Assembly (NCBI GenBank): GCA_038087875.1
Contig: CM075987.1
Coordinates: forward strand, 16,990,001-17,054,000
DNA: 64,000 nt
From: Malacoraja senta
Taxonomy: Eukaryota
Direction of reading: 5' to 3'
A program made the translations under genes and the position numbers. The notes below the pieces were generated by a model. It had not been told where the DNA came from. It worked only from the letters and a program-made list of their open reading frames with translations, and made no database searches. Each line of letters opens with the position of its first letter. The first letter of the stretch is position 1. Below are positions 11,311-24,821 of the stretch, in pieces.

Positions 11311-14300
11311 AATAATAAGATTAAACGAGAACTTACCAGTTTGAAGTTTGATCGTTATTTTATGAGGAGTTACGATGAGGGATTACGTGAAGAAGGCCGT
11401 CCCCACGCGTGCGCGTCAATCTTCAAAGCAGCGGTGTGAAATCACAGATAACAGTGTTGAACTAACATAGTAAGATTAGAGTTGACTAGAACTTACAGAA
11501 AGATCGTTATGTTACGAGGGCCGGGAGCGGAGGGCACGTAATCCCTCATCGTAACTCCTCATAAAATAACGATCAAACTTCAAACTGGTAAGTTCTCGTT
11601 TAATCTTACTATTTTTCTTCGGAGTCACGTGAGTGACTACGTGAAGATTTTGAAGCTCTGTGATTTCATGCCATGGAAAACGAGTCCACACAAGCACAAC
11701 TGCATGAGTTGACCACAGATAAAGGAAATATTCATAATGCATACAGACATGACATAGATTTAAAACATGCTGATGCTGATAAATGAACAAATAACAATAA
11801 TAAAATTAACCCCTCTCATCCAAGGGGAAAACTATGAAATAGAACCTAAAATAGAGTTGGCAAATACCCCTGGTCTGGCAATGGGTTAAAATAAAATGTT
11901 TGGAAACCTCGTACGTTAGACCATCCTGCAGTCGGCAGGATGTGGTCCAGAGGACCGTACATAACCCTTGCTGCTGATGTAGTAGCAGCCCTGGTGGAGT
12001 GAGATTAGAAATTAGTGTCTACTGTATGAGCCAGAACCCCGTTTTAACCACCTGGAGGTAGTCTAAACTGATACCTTCTTATGAGGTTATTAGTAACTAA
12101 CTACATAGGTAGTATGAAAGCCTCTAAGGCTCTCGGTGACCTTGACGTAATGTTGTAAATGTGTGACCACACATAACCGAAGGTGCATGGGGTATGCCAT
12201 GAGAACTAGTTTGAGACCTGACACCCTTGGGCTACCCTACATAAATAAATCGTAAACATGAAATATTATATAAGTAGGTATAACCATCCTGTCCAGTCGC
12301 AATTTATGTAATGACTGGACCCGTTGTGCTGAGAACAGCACCAATGGGATACCTTATGAGCCCCGAGCCCAAGGTAGGGATATAGCTGGAGCCCCCTGGC
12401 GAAGCAGTGTCAACACAATGTCAATATCCCATACTCCGTGTACTTGGGTCTGGGAGAACATGTGCAAAGATATCCTTAATAGACTAGAATCAGAGGGTGA
12501 GACCCGACAGAGCTGGGTCCCACTCGCTGCAGCATATATGATGAGAAAGCACGTTAAGCACAGTTAATGGGGCTATAACTTAATTTATTGTCAAGGGCCC
12601 ATAGAAAATGAACTCTAAGACGTCGGTGTCCGTGCCGTATTATATGTAACATAACACTTAAGCAGCACGCTTCCCATCTCCTGAAGAGGAAATGTACTGC
12701 TATTTTTGGTGCTATCCCTGCACTCAGCAGTGAGCACAAACATGGATTGGTCTGACAACCCAAGCCGCAGCAGCTGTCTTCTCAGATTCTGTAAGGCAAT
12801 GAATTGATTAATCATACAGAGGCTGGTTCCCCGAGTCCCAGGCTGAACCAGCAAGATTTATGTTTAGATACCCCATATAAGGTTCTACTATAATTCCCAA
12901 CATTTGTGGGAAACCATGGCTACATAGGCCAGTCAGACAGTACGAAAAACCCTAAAGCGGGATCTTGCTGAATCATTGCAAGACCCGACTGATGAGGTAA
13001 AATGGAGCAACGCCACAAAAGAACATTCCTCCATCGTGTAGCAAGAATGTATCTCTTGCCACTGCGATGCCACATGTCTTTACAACCTGGTGAATGAGCC
13101 TGGATGCAAACATATCGATATTCGGTGTTCCATCGAGGCATGTCATAAAATACTAGTGATGCAACATCCATTCTGTGTTGTCATTGATTTACGTGATGAT
13201 ACACCAGTGCCAAATAAAGTTGGGTAAATTATGACAGGATACTTTGACTTGATTGCACCCATGTGACCAACATAAGCCACCACCACAGTGTGTCAACCTG
13301 GAATTGTGCATGCAGATCATGCATATCCGCACAACAAACCTTTTAACCCATAGTATGCACCTAGTGTCTAAAGGTAGTTGATACCAATAACTGAAGAATT
13401 GGTAATTCATGCAAATCCCATCCCTCCATAACTAGAGATGGCATTCGTAATTTCCCATCTTTAAGCACTAGCATCAGTCTGTAAATACAACTGACGATTA
13501 TTTACCAAAACTACTGGAGCAATGCTGAATATTGTTCATCCACCATAGTGACCCTGATGGCTTCAGCTGGTAATAGCATAGGTCTGTAACAATGAGTTAA
13601 CTGGCACTTAAGAGATTACTAATTTGCACATTGTAAGTTATGATAATGCAAAGGCCCAATTGCACAGCTGAAACACAGCTGTTAAATGCCAATTACACTT
13701 AATGAATAGAAGACTGCTTGATAACAAGGTTGTTACAGGCTTCTATTGATTCCAATCTCTTGCTCCAGAGCGGAGTCACAGATAAATAATAGTTAAAGGT
13801 ACAACCGAAAACAATAGCTGTAGTTGGTATCAACTTAAATTTACTTCAATCTCTCAAATATAGTTGCGGCTGAAAAACAGTTGATTTTAGCAAAACACAG
13901 CATTAAGAATCTCGTCCAGCTAAGGCATAACAAGTGTTTTTTAGCTCTGAGCAGTCCCAGCACCGGTTTAGTAAATTGGTAGATGAGCTGGGAGCTGAAA
14001 TTAGCCCATTTACAACACATTAACTGTTATCCTGCCCCATCCAGATAAACTCCAAATGACTTCTGGGATCCCTGTGAATGGGACCTGAAACAGTATGCAT
14101 CTTTGAAATCGATGCATGCCATAAAGATCTTTAAAGAAATCAGTTTGTTAGACAGTAACGAAGTACCATATACTGAAAATCTATGTTGCAAATGTGAGTT
14201 TAAATCAACTATGAACCGACATCCTCCATCTTTTACAAGAAAACAGGCAACGCCTGCCATAATTCCGTGCCTGCCTTAAATCACAACTCTGGCCAGATTC

Positions 14301-16061
14301 CCGAGCCTGTCTCGAGAGGTGATCCTGACTATAATACTGAGGCTGCCTTGAAAGACAACTCTGGCCATAATACTGGGCCTACCTTGAAAGGCTACTCCGG
14401 CCATAATTCTGAGCCTGCGTCGAAAGACAACTCTGGCCAATTCCCGGGCTTGTCTCGGAAGGCAATCCTGGCCGTAATACTGAGCCTGCCTTGAAAGACA
14501 ACTCTGGCCATATTTCCGAACTTGCTCCGTAAGGCAATCCTGGCCATAACACTGAGCCTGCCTCGAAAGACAACTCTGGCCCCAAATCCAAGCCAAGCTT
14601 GGTACCCTTGTACTGTGCAATAACAACCCAATCTCATACTCTCATTATCATTTGTACAAAACCCAATAGTAAATATTACCAACTTGTAAATGGTGTACTT
14701 ACCCCATGTTTCGGAAGAACCAGACCCACCTACCTCCATGGTTACCGGTGGTCTATGGTAAGCCCAACGGCCCCCGATGTGGGTTCTATTCCCGTCCTTG
14801 ATTGGAGAGTAGGAATGATAGTGTATGTGGATTCCATTTCCTGAGACCGGCTTGGACTTTGGCCTCTGTGCAGCTTTCAAGCTGCCACCAGCTTCAGTGA
14901 ACTGCTTATGACCATGAGGCGTGCGGTGTGTCGTCGCCGATACGATGAAGCTTTGTTCGTTGTTGGTACCTTAATCAGCCCGACAGCTTTAGCTTCCTCA
15001 TCCAGGTATACCTGTTGGGTAAGTCTTACCTGAAGAGAAGATTCGGCGGCTGGTTTCATTTCCTCCAATGTCACCCCTGATAGCGCTGTTCACTGCCGGC
15101 ACTTGTAGCGTCAAGGGAAACTCTGGCCCCTTCTGGGTTTTCTGCCCACAGCAGTAACCCTTTCGTTTGCGAGTATTTCCGTAGAGCCATATGCATGTGC
15201 TCCAGTATGTTCCACGGACATACTTTGAATTTGAAGTCAGTTACATACTGACCACTCGCACTCCCCTCCACAGAGAGGGAGATTCGTAGGCAGCCCTGAA
15301 AACAGGTGCTGCCGCAGGCCTCTGAGGACACCTGCATCTGACTCAGTATAAAACTGGCCTCTTATGCTCCCCTCCTCAGAGAGGGAGACATCAAGCAGCC
15401 CTGACACAGGTGCCGCTGCCACGGGTTCTCCATAATACCCGGGCTCAGATAGCTCCCTTTGTTTTTGGAGCATATCTCTTTGGAGCAACCTCTCGAATAG
15501 GTACTCTACATGGGTCAGTTTTCGAATCACACTGCCCATAGAAGGAGGAGAGTCCTCCTGGCCCGACTCATCCAGGGCCCTGACAGACTTTTAGCAGCTT
15601 TTTTCTCCCCTGCGGGGTAGCCAAGGTGCTCACTGCCGGCAACAAGTCTGTAGCCGCTGGCTCTACCGCCAGTGACTCAAAAAAAGGCGAATTTTGACCG
15701 CCGGCCGCTACCCGCACTTCCGCGGCATCCGTAGCGGGTTCCCCACGGCCGGGCTTTCCCGAGGTCGTGACCGGGATTCCCTGCCGTCCGTGACTGGGCT
15801 CCCCGCAGTCCTAAAGGTCCCCCCGCGTCTCGTCCGGTCTTAGCCCCGAATCCAGCAGGCAAGCTCTGCAAGGAGCTTCCTGCAACACAAAACACAAACC
15901 CTAGAAATTAACTTTTAAACTTACCTTTAGGTTTAAACTTACCGCTGGAAAGCAGCAACGTGCCCACCAGTCGGTCGTTGCGCAACGCGACAGACGTAAT
16001 GACGAGCACGCGTGGGGACGGCCTTCTTCACGTTGTCACTCACGTGACTCCGAAGTAAAAT
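11311..16061 (-). mobile_element. DIRS1-type tyrosine-recombinase retrotransposon; termini complete, ORFs decayed
   Basis: ITR core 11385-11412 / 16006-16033; ICR 11535-11647 complementary to both ends; RT (KDGGCRFIVDL, IDFKDAY, 14027-14260), RNase H (LYLQTDASA, about 13465-13491), YR (SAQR about 12320, HSTR 11990-12001, AGW..F..FY about 11890-11930); shared AAT at both junctions inside a CR1. Confidence 0.93.
14255..14585. repeat. ~36-bp minisatellite (about 9 units, A/B variants) inside the DIRS element
   Basis: Recurrent gcctgccttgaaagacaactctggccataatactga and variant aaggcaatcctggcc. Confidence 0.85.
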
Positions 16062-17160
16062 GTGGATAAATGTGAGGTTATGATAAATGTGATGGCAAAA
16101 ACATGAATGGTGTCAGATTAGGAGAAGGGGAAGTGCAACGAGACCTGGGTGTCCTTGTACATCAGTCCTTGTAAGCATGTAGGTACAGCAGGCAGTGAAG
16201 AAAGCTAATGGCATGTTGGCTTTCATAGCGAGCGGATTTGAGTTAAGGAGCATGGAGGTCCTACTGCTGTTGTACAGATCCCTGGTGAGACCACACCTGG
16301 AGTATTCTGTGCAGTTTTGGTCTCCTAATGTGAGGAATGGCATTCTTGCTATTGAGTGCAGCGTAGGTTTACCAGGTTAATTCCCGGGGTACAAATTTTG
16401 GATGATCAGCCATGATCATATTCAATGGTAGTGCTGGCTTGAAGTGCTGAATGGCCTATTCCTACAACTATCGGAGGTACAACGGGACATGGGAGTGCTG
16501 GTGCAGGATTCCCAAAAAGTTAATTTGCAAGTTGAATCGGTAGTAATGAAGGCAAATACAATGCTCGCATTTATTTTGAGAGGACTAGAATAGAAAAACA
16601 GGGATGTAATGTGGAGGCTTGATAAGGCACTGATCAGACCGCATTTGGAGTATTGTGAGCAGTTTGGGGCCTCAAATCCGAGGAAGGATGTACCAGTGTT
16701 GGAGAGGGTCCAGAGGAGGTTTACGAGAATGATCCCAGGAATGAGTACGTTGACCTATGATGAGCGTTTGACTTCACTGGGCCTGTACTCGATGGAGTTT
16801 AGAAGAATGAGGGGGGACCTCATTGAAACTTACCGAATAGTGAAAGGCCTGGATAGAGTGGATGTGATGTTTCCACTAGTGGCAGAACTTAGAAACAGAG
16901 GGCCTAGCCTCAGAGTAAAAGAACGTACCTTTGGAAAGATGAGGAGGAATATATTTTGTCAAAGGATGTTGAATCTGTCGAATTTATTGCACAGATGTCC
17001 AAGTCATTGGGTATTTTTAAGGCGGAGATGGATAGATTTTTGATTAGGAAGGGTGTCACAGATTATGGGGTTGAGAGGGAAGATAAATCAGCCATGATTG
17101 TATAGCGGAGTAGACTCGATGGGCCGATGGGCCTAATTCTGCTCTTATAACATATGAACA
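16062..17160 (+). mobile_element. CR1 3' fragments (continuation of the DIRS-interrupted copy plus a second copy)
   Basis: gtggataaatgtgagg resumes the CR1 broken at 11310; RPHLEY motifs. Confidence 0.85.
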
Positions 17161-18092
17161 TGAAGAAGGGCTGCAAGGAAAAGCCTGGGCACTATAGACC
17201 AGTGAGCCTAACATCTGTGGTAGGCATGTTACTGGAGAGGATTCTATTGGCTAAGATAAATATGCTTTTGGATAGACACGGGGTGGATGGTTTAGTACGT
17301 CGGAGACCAAATATCCATGTGCCTATCTAAAAGCTTCTTAAACACCACTCTCATATCTGTCTCCACTACCACCCCGGCAGCACGTTCCAGACACTTATCA
17401 TCCTCTGTGTAAAACAACTTGCCCCATTCATCTCCTTTAAGCTTTGCCCCTCTCACCTTAAAGGTTTGCCCTCTAGTCACCTTCCTTAATGATCGCAGTC
17501 TCTGGGACAGGAAGCCAATGGCAGAAAGGGTGCTGTCCAGGGTCAGGAATTGTTTGGAATTAAGATGTTGAATGCAGAGCTAGTCAATAAATAAAAGTCT
17601 GACGTTTCAGTTTCTGTTGTCAGAGATACTGAATGGCAACAGGCTTTTTGGCCCACCGAGTCCACGCTGACCAGTGATCACTTATTCACACTAGTTCTAT
17701 GCTGTCCCACTTACACATCTACTCCCTACACACTATGGGGCAATTCACCAGGCCAATGAACCTGCAGACCCACACGAACCCGCAGGAAACCCACGCAAGC
17801 ATGCCGTGGACCTGGTGTTGCATGAGGTGAATTGCAGTGGATCAGGGCAGTCTCGGAGGCTGATGTCTGCCATGACTAGTCTCTGGAAACTTCATGATGG
17901 TTGACATCAGAGCAATTGGTGACAACCGTTAAGGCACGTGACCTTGATTTTCTTTAGCACTAGGATGATACTGGTCTTCTTAAAGCAGGTGGGATCTGAG
18001 AGTAGGAGTAGGGAGAGGCTTATCCTTTATCTGTGCAATGTGAACGGCTTGATCATATTCATATATAGCCTGTTCAGCTGGATAGCATGTAA

Positions 18093-19250
18093 ACATAGAA
18101 ACATAGAAACATAGAAATTAGGTGCAGGAGTAGGCCATTCGGCCCTTCGAGCCTGCACCGCCATTCAATATGATCATGGCTGATCATCCAACTCAGTATC
18201 CCGTACCTGCCTTCTCTCCATACCCTCTGATCCCTTTAGCCACAAGGGCCACATCTAGCTCCCTCTTAAATATAGCCAATGAACTGGCCTCGACTACCCT
18301 CTGTGGCAGAGAGTTCCAGAGATTCACCACTCTCTGTGTGAAAAAAGTTCTTCTCATCTCGGTTTTAAAGGATTTCCCCCTTATCCTTAAGCTGTGACCC
18401 CTTGTCCTGGACTTCCCCAACATTGGGAGCAATCTTCCTGCATCTAGCCTGTCCAACCCCTTAAGAATTTTGTACGTTTCTATAAGATCCCCTCTCAATC
18501 TCCTAAATTCTAGTGAGTATAAACCAAGTCTATCCAGTCTTTCTTCATAAGACAGTCCTGACATCCCAGGAATCAGTCTGGTGAACCTTCTCTGCACTCC
18601 CTCTATGGCAATAATGTCCTTCCTCAGATTTGGAGACCAAAACTGTACGCAATACTCCAGGTGTGGTCTCACCAAGACCCTGTACAACTGCAGTAGAACC
18701 TCCCTGCTCCTATACTCAAATCCTTTTGCTATGAAAGCTAACATACCATTCGCTTTCTTCACTGCCTGCTGCACCTGCATGCCTACTTTCAATGACTGGT
18801 GTACCATGACACCCAGGTCTCGCTGCATCTCCCCTTTTCCTAGTCGGCCACCATTTAGAAAATAGTCTGCTTTCCTGTTTTTGCCACCAAAATGGATAAC
18901 CTCACATTTATCCACATTATACTGCATCTGCCAAACATTTGCCCACTCACCCAGCCTATCCAAGTCACCTTGCAGTCTCCTAGCATCCTCCTCACAGCTA
19001 ACACTGCCCCCCAGCTTAGTGGGGGCTTTTACATAGAAACATAGATACATAGAAAATAGGTGCAGGAGTAGGCCATTCGGCCCTTTGAGCCTGCACCGCC
19101 ATTCAATATGATCATGGCTGATCATCCAACTCAGTATCCCGTACCTGCCTTCTCTCCATACCCCCTGATCCCTTTAGCCACAAGGGCCACATCTAACTCC
19201 CTCTTAAATATAGCCAATGAACTGGCGTCAACTACCCTCTGAGGCAGTTG
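18093..19250 (-). mobile_element. Young CR1 3' copy with (GAAACATA)n tail plus a second 3' end
   Basis: ORF 18193-19125 with open RT C-terminus; tail repeats at 18093 and 19031. Confidence 0.9.
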
Positions 19251-19589
19251 AGGCCAGTTTCACTCTACCTTGGTACATGTGACAATAATAAACTCAACTC
19301 GAACCAAAACTAAACTAAGATATGAATGAATGCTTATTTATGCCAGCTGGTTCACACAGGTCACAGCCAGGGTCTCCATTATTTTTGGGTTCACTCTCAG
19401 AAAGATTTCTGACATCTGCAACGGTCGCTGTGGGCACAGGTGCATTTGAGGAATATAAAGCAATATTGAAAGCTCAAGCAAGCATTTGGAAGGGCCAAAA
19501 GCAGCCATGAAATATCAATGGCAAGTAAAAGAATATAGTGTAATTTAAAAGTACAATAAAACAGGAAGATAATAGAGAGGGTATTAGAA

Positions 19590-20210
19590 CCAGTGGATGT
19601 AGTGTACCTGGACTTTCAGAAAGCATTTGATAAGGTCCCACATAAGAGATTAGTGGGCAAAATTAGGGCACATGGTATTGAGAGTAGAGTGCTGACATGG
19701 ATAGAAAATTGGTTGGCAGACAGGAAACAAAGAGTAGGGATTAACAGGTCCCTTTCAGAATGGCAGGCAGTGACTAGTGGGGCACCGCAAGGCTCGGTGC
19801 TGGGACCCCAGCTATTTATAACATACATCAATGATTTAGATGAAGGGATTCAAAGTAACATTAGCAAATTTGCAGATGACACAAAGCTGGGTGGCAGTGT
19901 GAACTGTGAGGAGAATGCTGTAAGGATGCAGGGTGACTTGGACAGGTTGGGGGAGTGGGCAGATGCATGGCAGATGTAGTTTAATGTGAATGGGCTTGTA
20001 TACTCTGGAATTTAGATGAGCGTGGATTTTATTGAAACATATAAGATTATTAAGGGTTTGGACAGGCTGGAGGCAGGAAACATGTTCCCGATGTTGGGGC
20101 AGTCCAGAACCAGGGGGCCACAGTTTAAGAATAAGGGGTCAGCCATTTAGAACGGAGATGAAGAAAAACTTTTTCACACAAAGAGTTGTGAGTCTGTGGA
20201 ATTCTCTGCA
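19590..20210 (+). mobile_element. CR1 RT fragment
   Basis: YLDFQKAFDKVPH, APQGSVLGP, KFADDTKL. Confidence 0.9.
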
Positions 20211-20715
20211 GAGGCAGAGGTTCACCTGCACCTCCTCCAACCTCATCTAATGCTGTTCCAGGTGTCAACTGCTCTACATCGGTGAGACCAAGCGCAGGCT
20301 TGGCGATCGTTTCGCCCAACACCTTTGCTCAGTTTGCAATAACCAACCTGATCTCCCGATGGCTCAGCACTTCAACATCCCCTCCCATTCCAAATCCAAC
20401 CTTTCTGTCCTGGGCCTCCTCCATTGCCAGAGTGAGGCCCAGCGCAAATTGGAGGAGCAGCACCTCATATTTCGCTTGGGTATTTTGCACCCCAGCGATG
20501 TGAACATTGACTTGTCCAATTTCAGGTAGTCCTTGCTTTCTCCCTCCTTCCCCTCCCCTTCCCAGCTCTCCCACAAGCCCACTGTCTCCGCCTCTTCCTT
20601 TATTTTTCCCACCACCCGACATCAGTCTGAAGAAGGATCTCGACCCGAAAAGTCGGCAATTTCTTCGCTCCATAGATGCTGCCTCACCCGCTGAGTTTCT
20701 CCAGCATTTTTGTCT
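20211..20715 (+). mobile_element. Penelope-like element 3' fragment (GIY-YIG + terminal repeat with degenerate hammerhead)
   Basis: FTCTSSNLI...LYIGETKRRLGDRF...HFN; CTGAAGA...GAAA at 20627-20650. Confidence 0.85.
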
Positions 20716-20914
20716 ATCAGTTTTGTTTAGTTTATTGTCACTTGTACCGATGTACAGTGAAAAGCATTTCTTGCGTGCTATCGAGTCAGTAGAAAGACAG
20801 TTCATGATTACAATCGAGCCATCCACCATGTACAGATACATGATAAGGGAATAACGATTAGTGCAAGGTAAAGGCAACAAAATCCAATCAAAGATGGACA
20901 GAGGGTCACCAATG

Positions 20915-22030
20915 AGTCATAGAGTGATACAGCGTGGAACCAGGCCCTTCGGCCCAACTTGCCCACACCGGCCAACATGTCCCAGCTACACCAGTCCCAC
21001 CTGCCCGCATTTGATTCATATCCCTCCAAACCTGTCCTATCCATGTACCTGTCTAACTGTTTCTTAAACGTTGGGATAGTCCCAGCCTCAACTACCTCCT
21101 CTGGCAGCTTGTTCCATACAACCACCACCCTTTGTGTGAAAAAGTTACCCCTCAGATTCCTATTAAATCTTTTACCCTTCAACTTAAACCTATGTCCTCT
21201 GGTGCTCGATTCCCCTACTCTGGGCAAGAGACTTTACGCATCTACCCGATCTACTCCTTTCATGATTTTATACACCTCTATAAGATCACCCCTCATCCTC
21301 CTGCGCTCCATGGAATAGAGACCCAGTCTGCTCAACCTCTCCCTATAGCTCACACCCTCTAGGCCTCGTAAATCTTCTCTGAACCCTTTCCAGCTTGACA
21401 ACATCTTTCCTATAACATGGTGCCCAGAACTGAACACAATATTCTAAATGCGGCCTTATACCAGCGTCTTATACAACTCAAACATGACCTCCCAACTTGT
21501 ATACTCAATACTCCGACTAATGAAGGTCAATGTGCCAAAAGCCTTTTTGACCACCTTATCTACCTGCGACTCGACCTTCAAGGAACCATGCACCTGCACT
21601 CCTAGATCCCTCTGCTCTACAACACTCCACAGAGGCCTACCATTTGCTGTGTAGGTCCTGCCCTTGTTTAACATCCGAAAATGCAACACCTCACACTTCT
21701 CTGTATTAAATTCCATCAATCATTCCTCCGCCCACCTGGCCAATCGATCCAGATCCTGCTGCAATCGTTCACAACCATCTTCACTATCTGCAAAACCACT
21801 CACTTTTGTATCATCAGCAAACTTGCTAATCTTGCCCTGTATGTTCTCATCCAATTCATTGATATAGATGACCAACAGGAACGGGCCCAGCAACAAACCC
21901 TGAGGCACACCACTAGTCACAGGCAACCAGTCCAAGAAGGAACCTACCACCATCACCCTCTGCTTCCTTCCATGAAGTCAATTTTCTATCTATTCAGCTA
22001 TCTCTCCTTGGCTCCCATGAGATCTAATGT
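20915..22030 (-). mobile_element. CR1 3' copy (second subfamily)
   Basis: VPQGLLLGP, KFADDTK, TRGHRFKL, WNKLPEEVV. Confidence 0.88.
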
Positions 22031-22074
22031 GATCACTGAGGGAATAGTAGTTCAGGACTGCTCTCTAATTGTGG

Positions 22075-22432
22075 TAGGATGATTCAGTTACCTGATAACA
22101 ACTGGGAAGAAACTGTCCCTTAATCTGGAGGTGTGCGTTTTCATACTTCTGTACCTTTTGCCCAATGGGAGAGGGGAGAAGAGGGGATGGCCAGGGTGTG
22201 ACTCGTCCTTGATTATGCTGCTGGTCTTGCCGAGGCAGCGTGAGGTATAAATGGAAGGGAGGTTGGTTTGTGCGATGGTCTGGGCTGCGTCCACAATTCT
22301 CTGCAATTTCTTGCGGTCTTGGATGGAGCTGTTCACAAACCAAGCTGTGATGCATCCTGATAAAATGCTTTCTATGGTGCATCTGTAGAAGTTGCTGAGA
22401 GTTGTAGGGGACATGCCAAACTTCCTAAGGCT
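22075..22432 (-). mobile_element. Rex1/Babar-like LINE 3' fragment
   Basis: LRKFGMS...NFYRCTIESILSGCITAW...HPGHPLFSPLPLGKRYRS. Confidence 0.8.
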
Positions 22433-24512
22433 TCTTCTCCTTAGTAATAGCCACGACACTAACTTCCACCCCCTGACCATTGCTGGTGTCTTCGACTCTG
22501 AAGACTGGTGCAAAAAAGTTATTCAACTCCTCTGCCATTTCTTTATTCCTCTTTATAACTTCCCTAGCATCATTTTCCAGCGGTCCAATGTCCACTCTTG
22601 CCTCTTTCGTACTATTTATACATCTGAAATTTTTTTGCTATGTTTTATATTATTGGCTAGCTTACCTTCATATTTCTTGCCTTTTTAGTTACCTTCTATT
22701 GTTTTATAAAAGCTTCCCACTTTGCCATGTTATACGCCTTCTCTTTGTGTTTTATGCTGTCCTTGCCTTCCCTTGTCAGCCATGGTCACCTCATTCTCCC
22801 CCTAGAATCTTTCTTACTCTTTGGAATGAAAAGATCCTGCATCTTCTGAATTATTCTGAGCTATTGAGTATTGTGAGCACCCCATCGGAGGAAGGATGTG
22901 CTTGCCCTGGAGAAGGTCCAGAGGAGGTTTACAAGAATGATCCCAAGAATGAGTGGGTTAACATATGATGAGCGTTTGACGGCACTGGGCCTGTTTAGAA
23001 GAATGAGGCCGGACCGGTTACTCATTGAAAGGAACCAAATAGTGAAAGGCTTGGATAGAGTGGATGTGGAAAGGATGTTTCCACTAGTGGGAGAGTCTAG
23101 GACCAGAGGTAACAGCCTCAGAATGAAAGGACTTTCCTTTAGGAAAGAGATGAGGTGGAATTTCTTTAGTCAGAGGGTGGTGAATCTGTGGAATTCTTTG
23201 CCATGATTCCCAGAATTTCCTGCCATTGCTGTTCCACCGTCATTCCTGCTAGGGTCCCTATCTAGTCCACTTTGGCCAGCTCCTCCCTCATGCCTCTGTA
23301 GTCCCCTTTGCTCAGCTGTAATACCGACACATCCAATTTCACGTGCAGGTTAAACATTATATTGTGCTCACTACCTCCTAGTAGTTTCTCTACCTTAAGC
23401 TCCCTAACCAAATCATAACACAACACTAAATGCAGAATTTCTCTGGTAGGCTCCATCACATGCTGCTCTAAGAAACCATCTCGATGCAAAAAAACGATGT
23501 AATTGAAGGCCCAAAGCTATTTAATAGAGTGACACCCTGTTGAATAACATTGAAACTTATGGAAGGAAAGCGATTTAGCTGGTCAATGACAAATGGCAGA
23601 GTGTGTGGGAGAGGTGTATCATCTGAGCTGAGGGGATGTATCTATGTAGAAAGTGGAAGAGAAACCTGGGCTTTGGGAACGTGTCTGTACCCAGATGGTC
23701 AAGATTTCTATCCCTCTGAGTATAGATGTATGATCTTTCCTAAAGTCATATTCCAAAGTCCTCAGGGTACTGAAATTCCATAACTGCAGATTCTATTTAC
23801 TCAGTGCAAAAAAAACAAAGTTGGAAGGACAGGGGCAGCGTCTGTGGAGGGCAATGGTCAGTTGGCATTTCAAATTGAGACTTCACTTGGACTGAAAGCA
23901 TGGAGGGGAGATAGCCAGTACAAAGAGGTGAGGGGGGTGAGGCAAGAGCTAGCAAGTTATGGGTCCTGACCCAAAACATCACCTGTCCATTTCCCCCTCA
24001 GATGCTGCCTGAATTCCTCCAGCATTGTTTGTTCTACACAAGATGTGCTGATCTTTGTGTCTCCTCCAGCACTTTGTGTTTTTGCATCCTCAGCCTCTCG
24101 TGTCTCTACTCCCTCAGTGCATGGACATGCCCTTTCTCCGCCTCTCCATGTGTAGACATGCCTCGGCACAGAGATAGAGATGTGGCTCAGGGAACAGATC
24201 TGAGGAGAGTGGCAGAGAAGTCCTATTGCCATTGATTCCAGACCCCTGCAGCATTCAGGCTGCTGCTTTACTTGATGAGAAATTCTGATGGTTGATTGGA
24301 AACAATGAATCTGATATTCCTTTTAGAAGCATAAGCCAAATAGCTCTTCCTCATTTATACTTACATTGTTTACCTTCTTACTGTCAAATGCTGTTACCTT
24401 TCCTTTAGCCCCTTATAATGGAGCTTACTGTCTCATTTACTGTGCACATGTCAATTGTCCTTGTCGATAATCCTTTTGACGTGTAAAATTGATTTTCCTT
24501 CCCACTGTTTAG

Positions 24513-24603
24513 TTCCCACAGCTCCATGTATATCTCCCTTTCCACAAGGGACTCCGATGCCCCATCTAGCCAGTCGAGTACATAGGACTGCAGCACCAGT
24601 GAT
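24513..24603 (+). CDS. Candidate cytoplasmic-tail exon of host gene 1
   Basis: Acceptor gattttccttcccactgtttag (alternative cacag at 24521), donor AT/gtgagt at 24604; phase 2 reads SHSSMYISLSTRDSDAPSSQSST* and phase 1 reads VPTAPCISPFPQGTPMPHLASRVHRTAAPV; frame unresolved. Confidence 0.5.
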
Positions 24604-24821
24604 GTGAGTCCAGTGGGAAGACGCTTGGCCATGTGCACCACTAAGTGAAGCCTAATCTACAGGGTATGTCTCAATCTTCACATTCAAGGGCACGGTGGCC
24701 CGGCCCGGCCCCGCAGAGAGCTCTCCTCAGTCTCAGGCAGCGTGGGAGATGGCACACCATCACAAAGGCTGGTTCCATTTGCATACGTTTTGGTATTCAA
24801 CTCAGAACCAATATAAAAACC

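Noticed and set aside
17499..23770. Extra gene 1 exons at 17499-17541, about 19348-19438 and about 23748-23768
   Set aside because: Weak donors or acceptors and no single consistent phase chain; not supportable without transcripts
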